From Saprolegnia diclina VS20 (taxonomy: Eukaryota): a stretch of DNA of 64,000 nt. The notes below the pieces were generated by a model. The model was not told the origin of the DNA, made no database searches, and worked only from the letters and a program-made list of their open reading frames with translations. Below are positions 59,086-64,000 of this stretch, in pieces. A program made the position numbers and the translations under genes. The stretch covers positions 287,440 to 351,439 of the forward strand of contig NW_008246097.1 of NCBI RefSeq assembly GCF_000281045.1, in the 5' to 3' direction. Position 1 is the first letter of the stretch. Every line of letters starts with the position of its first letter.

Positions 59086-61074
59086 ATGCTCCGCCGATTG
59101 AATCGCGCGATTCCGACGCGTCCGTGGACGTCGCTTTTGTCGGCTGCGTCGCGCCAATTCATCCATTCGCCCAAGCTCATGGCGCTGCCTCGCGTCTTGG
59201 AGCATTTCACCAGCGCCCACGCGTTCAGCACGGCCGTGACAGGCAAGGACGAGACGAGTGCGCATGCGCGCAAGCTCCTCGCTCACATCGACCTCATGGA
59301 AGAGCTCACTTGCAGCGGCTGCGGTATCGAAATGCAGTTCAAGGACGAAGCCAAGGTCGGGTTCTGCTCGACGGCGGCGCTCGAGAAGATCGAAGATGTC
59401 CAGGAAATCGCGACCAAGCTCATCTGCCAGCGCTGCTTCCAGATCCGCAACTACGGCAAGATCACCGACACGAAAATGGCGTACGACGAATACGAAAAGC
59501 GCGTGAAGGCGCTCAAGCCGCGCGACATGCTCATGATCCAGCTCGTCGACATCCTCGACATTACCGGCTCGTTGCTCGGCAAGTACGTCGTGTGCACCGT
59601 AGTTCTTCATGCCTCATTCGATGCGGTCGTGTAGCGCCCGTCACGTTGTCGGGAAGAAGCCTGTGCTTCTCGTCGTGAACAAGGCCGACATGATCCCGAC
59701 CCACTCGGGCGCGCGTCGGCTCATGCGCCGCATCAAAATGGCTGCCGAGTACGTCCATCATGGCGCACATTTCGTTAGCTTATCTGCGTTGTAGAGATCT
59801 CGGTATTGAAAACGTCATTGGCATTCGCCTCGTCAGCTCCACCAAGAGTCTTGGCATCAAGGAGATCATCGGCGACATCAAGGTACACTGCGTCACCACG
59901 CCGCGATCTGCATATGTGCTGGCTAGAAACACCGCGAAAACCGTGACGTGTGCGTCATTGGTGCGGCCAACGCGGGCAAGAGCACGTTCCTCAACGCGCT
60001 CATCTCGCATGTGTCCAAGAGCAAAAAGTTTGGCGGCAAGGTTACGCAGCGCCCCGAGCTCGAGGTTTCGATAGACTATTTGCACGCCACTTGGAGACAA
60101 TATTGTGTTTTGTAGGACATTTCTCTCGACGACTTTGATTTCGAAGAAAAGGCGCCCGAGCAACTCGTGTTTAACGAAGACGAAATCGATGCGGACGAAG
60201 AAGTCCTGAGCCTCAAGCAGCGGAAGCAGCTCTCAAAGGGCGCGCCGTCCAAGCACATGACGACGTCGGCGCTGCCCGGTACGACGCTGGCCGTGTCGCC
60301 GATTCCTGTCGTGATTGGCCAAAAGCCGTGCAACGTTCTCGACACGCCCGGTGCGTGACCACATATCTCTCTGGAGTCCTATATGGAGAGACGTGTAGGT
60401 CTTATCGTGGACAAGAAGCGCCAGCGGCTGGTTGAGATTCTCTCGCAGCCTGGCTGCATGGAGCTCACGAACGCGATTCCGGGCAACAAGCTGCCGGTAC
60501 GCGACCATTGCTGCTGTGATTGCGTAGCAAGCTTTTGTGGCTTTAGACCACCATCTACAAGGTCGCGCCGGGCCGCAGCTTGTTCCTTGGTGCAATGCTT
60601 CGCATGGACTACGAGAACACGCTCTCGACCAAAGGCAAGAACGAGCTTCTCTTCACGTGGTACGGTGTCCTCCCGGGGCACCTCTCCAAGACAGAGCACG
60701 CAGACGATACGTTCATGAAGCACGCGGGCGGCCTTCTTTCGCCGCCCCGGGGTCTCGATGCGATCAGTCTCACGGGGCCGCTCCTGCCCCACAAGAGTGG
60801 CGTCAAGCTCAGTGATTTCATCACGACCGACGTCAAGACCAAGTCCAAGCTCGCCAAGCGACCGAAGCGCACGACCTTAGTGGAGCTCGTCGTCCCCGGT
60901 TTTGGGTGGCTCGCGGTGACCGGCGTCGACCTCGACGGCACGTTGGCCCTCGAGCAAACGCTCAAGAAGGCGTCCATCAAGTTTTCGACGGTCGACGGCA
61001 TCCAAATGCACCCGCGTGTGCCCCTCTTCCCGTTCGAAATGTCTAGCTCCAACAAGCACGAGTGGAAGCAGTAA
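59086..61074 (+). CDS. NOA1: NOA1/YqeH-type circularly permuted GTPase, multi-exon
   Basis: Presequence-like N-terminus, Zn motifs CSGCG...CQRC, then G4 NKAD preceding G1 GAANAGKS, G2 LPGTT and G3 DTPG. Confidence 0.9.
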
Positions 61075-61542
61075 ACGAACCTAAAATCATCTCTTGACAA
61101 CAGATCTTACTCGGTCTTACTCGATTCGATTCAATGACGCATCACGCGCCTCAACAGGCAGAGCGCTGTGTTCCAAGGTACATGGATGTCATAATAGCAA
61201 CGACCAACGTTGGCTCACGGTCAACTCGAGAGAACTGCCGAACCTTGGGTCCGTTGCCAGGGAGGATGTCCACGATCGAGCTACTTTTGCACGGCTTCCC
61301 TCGAGCCATAGATACTGGAAGAAGCGCGTTTTCGGGTTGGAGCATGGCAATGGCGGAACATAATTCGGCGATCTTTGCAGCTACTCGACTCGATGGAAAC
61401 AACCATGGAACCGGTTGGCGATCTTGAACCGACGCGGACCAATCGCAGCGCGCGCTTTTGGAACGTGGCCAATCACAATCCACCGTGCGGTACGATGTGC
61501 ACAGCAACCTCGCCTCTACAACAGCGCAGTTGGGCAAACGCC

Positions 61543-63279
61543 ATGCAAGAAGACTCGCCGCTGCTTCCGTCCTCCCGGATCCTCGACATCCGTGGCGCGG
61601 CGCCGCCGCGGTCCGGCCTCCGCCACCGGCAGCAGCCCTTTAGCCGCGTCAAACCAACGCCGGGCCCGCTCCCGCCCGTGAGCTACCGCGCGATCGTGTG
61701 GCATGTGCTGCACTATCGGTCGTCGATCCAGCACGTGACGTACATCCAGCAGTGCTCGTACTACGTCGAGCTCTTCCTCCTCAACCTCATCTTGCTCAAC
61801 GTCGTCGTGACGATTCTGAGCTCGTCGAGCCTCGTGGACCCGGCCATGCCAGGTACACAACCATCGCCTCCAATGTGCCATCACAAACGAGACCGTAGTA
61901 CACACGCCCTTGTGGTTCAGAGGTATCGTGTACGTCTCGACCGCTATCTTTACTGTCGAGTACCTCTTGCGCTGGTGGTCGTGCGTCGAAGACCCGCGCT
62001 TCAAGTTTCACGTCGTCTTTGGCCGGTATGCACTGACTGTCTTTGACATGCATTTTGCCAAGTCGGATGACGATGTAGGTTTCAATGGATGCTGCGGCCC
62101 ATGTCCCTCATCGATCTCATCGCGCTCGTGCCCTATTTTTTGGAAATTGCGCTCTGCTCGGCGACCGCGTCCGTCTTGAGGTGACGGCAGGCACATTTTT
62201 CTCACATTGGCTGCTAGGACGTCGGTGGCGTATCGCGGCTCGATGACCATCCGCGGCCTCCGGCTCCTCCGCGTTATTTCCTTCCTGCGCATTGAACGGT
62301 CGTACGATGCTATCAAGCGGCTGCGCATCATCTTTCGGCGAAAACGGGTAGGCCGATCATGCTGCATCACCAAGTCCTTACGCGTGTGCAGCAAGAATTC
62401 TTTGTAGTCACCTACCTCACAGCGGTCGTCATCCTCGTCTCGGCCACCATCATGTACGACAACTATTCTTGAAATTGCTGATCGACTCCTTGTTTTTGCT
62501 ACAGCTTTTTTCTCGAGTTTCCCGCGCAGCCCGACGTCTTCTCCAGCATTGGTGTCGGCGCATGGTGGGCGATCGAGACCATCACGTCGCTCGGGTACGG
62601 CGATACGGTGCCCATCACGGTTGCCGGCCGCACGTTCGCGTCGGTCGTCGCGCTCTGGGGTATCATCCTCTTTGCAATCCCAGGTAGACGAATTAACATT
62701 GACACGCGTTCGGTACACGCTGGCGCAGGCGCGATCCTCGGCAGTGGCTTCATTGAGGTCATGCTCGAGCACCAAACGGCCAAGGAAATGCGCGCGAAAG
62801 ACCGGTGGATCCACGAAATCTCTTCGCAGCTCCACCACATTCAGTCGGTCGCCGCGGGCTCGCTCTTGGCGCCTCGTACGTTGTGACGAGTTAAGTCTCC
62901 TCGATCTGATTGCATGTCCTAGTGACGTCCTTGTCCAACGTCCTCTCCGAGCCAGTGGAAGCCAGCCCCGACGAGGATATCTCCGAGGCTCCGATGCCGG
63001 CGACACCACCACTGTCCATGCCCCTGGGCACCCCGGATGCGGCGACGTCGCCGCATTTGTCGCCGTTTGGGTCGGACGTCGTGACGGTCTCGTCAACACA
63101 GCTCAACGAGCTGCTTCAAAACCAGGCATTGGCCAACATTGTCCGTCTGAACGGCGCACTCATATTGACACTAGGAAATGCTGTCGCTTCAGATCCAACT
63201 ACAGCGCGAACAACTCGACCGCGTCTTGAAACTTCTCGAGACCAACACTCGAATTCATCCCAGCAGCAGCGTGTTTTGA
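61543..63279 (+). CDS. 6TM voltage-gated potassium channel-like protein, multi-exon
   Basis: S2 FTVEYLLRWW, S3 LIDLIAL.PY, S4 IRGLRLLRVISFLRIER, pore WWAIETITSLGYGDTVP and S6 FAIP. The end is inferred via a GC-AG intron at 63126-63174. Confidence 0.88.
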
Positions 63280-64000
63280 TAAGCACTGCACGTCAAGATG
63301 ATTGGCGGTCACTGTACCATTTTCATGGGCAGCGAAGAGACCGCAACACAGTGTTTGCAACGCGAGAAAGATGTGCAAGCCCAATGAAATGCAGGTTGTA
63401 TCCAGGTGCACAAGGGCAGTGGACCAACCGCAGCGTACGGTGTTGATGCAGCGTAGACGCTCGCGGTGGGAGTTGACCATAAATACAGATCCCACGTGGT
63501 GTCGCGGTTCCTTGGACGTCTAGAAAGGTTCCGTCCCCGCCCCCGCCGGCTTTCGAATTCTAGACTTCTATCGTCGCGGCAGATCACTGTACTCAACAAG
63601 CGATGACCTCCAACAAGACACTCTATCGTTTACCATCCCATACTGCGCTTGCATGCGCCTTGATCGTGCTTCAGAAACCATCCAGCGTGGGACGTGGCTC
63701 GTCGCTGTGCGGTGTAGCGACGAGGTGCATTGGAGGTGAGCGGTATGCATGAGGCCGGAACGTCGCGTTCACATGTCATTTGGTCTTGGATTCTGGCGCG
63801 AGCCGGCAGACATTCGAGGGGTTTTGCAACTGCGAGTCCTTGGACCCGATAATCAGCGTTCTTGCTCCTGTTGCCAACTTCCAATACATCCATACCACCC
63901 GTCCATGTCATCCATCGTGGTGGGTGGCCTATCCACGTCCCCCTCTCGGTTCATTTTTGTTTTGGCTCGATGCAGAGAAGAGCAATGCTCGAAGCAACGC

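Noticed and set aside
35377..61074. Apparent grouping of mitochondrial genes (ZnT9-like, IBA57, COA4-like, NOA1)
   Set aside because: They are spread over 25 kb among unrelated genes, consistent with chance.
1..64000. tRNA, rRNA or other structured RNA genes
   Set aside because: None was recognised by eye; tRNAscan-SE and Infernal would be needed to exclude them.

Overview
Gene-dense, GC-rich eukaryotic DNA with many very short (about 40-55 nt) GT-AG introns. It is most consistent with an oomycete, probably Saprolegniales; this is inferred from the YSPTSPA Pol II CTD, PX-tailed myosins, a CBM1 protein and Inr/FPR-type core promoters. There are three N-gaps (11517-11616, 12224-12323, 18723-19142). 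Genes in order: RPB1; two convergent PX-tailed myosin paralogs enclosing a headless triple-PX gene and a CBM1 protein; PIP5K; two tandem Cys-rich secreted/GPI-like proteins; a head-to-head pair of 7TM-RGS-like proteins; an I78-like protease inhibitor; P4-ATPase; ZnT9-like CDF; MATE; CLPTM1-like; RING-CH ligase; a signal-anchored PKDCC/POMK-like kinase; PI31; IBA57; HSF; a coiled-coil protein; a 56-aa Cys-rich microprotein; dTMP kinase; COA4-like; LURP-one-like; NOA1/YqeH; and a 6TM K+ channel. Non-coding structure includes a 439-bp near-perfect inverted-repeat pair, a 106-bp inverted-repeat pair with nested palindromes, a GTAC cluster and local repeats. The most notable items are the myosin/triple-PX locus, the degenerate 7TM-RGS pair, the secretory-type kinase and the inverted-repeat elements. 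All family assignments come from motif recognition by eye, and splice models are manual.
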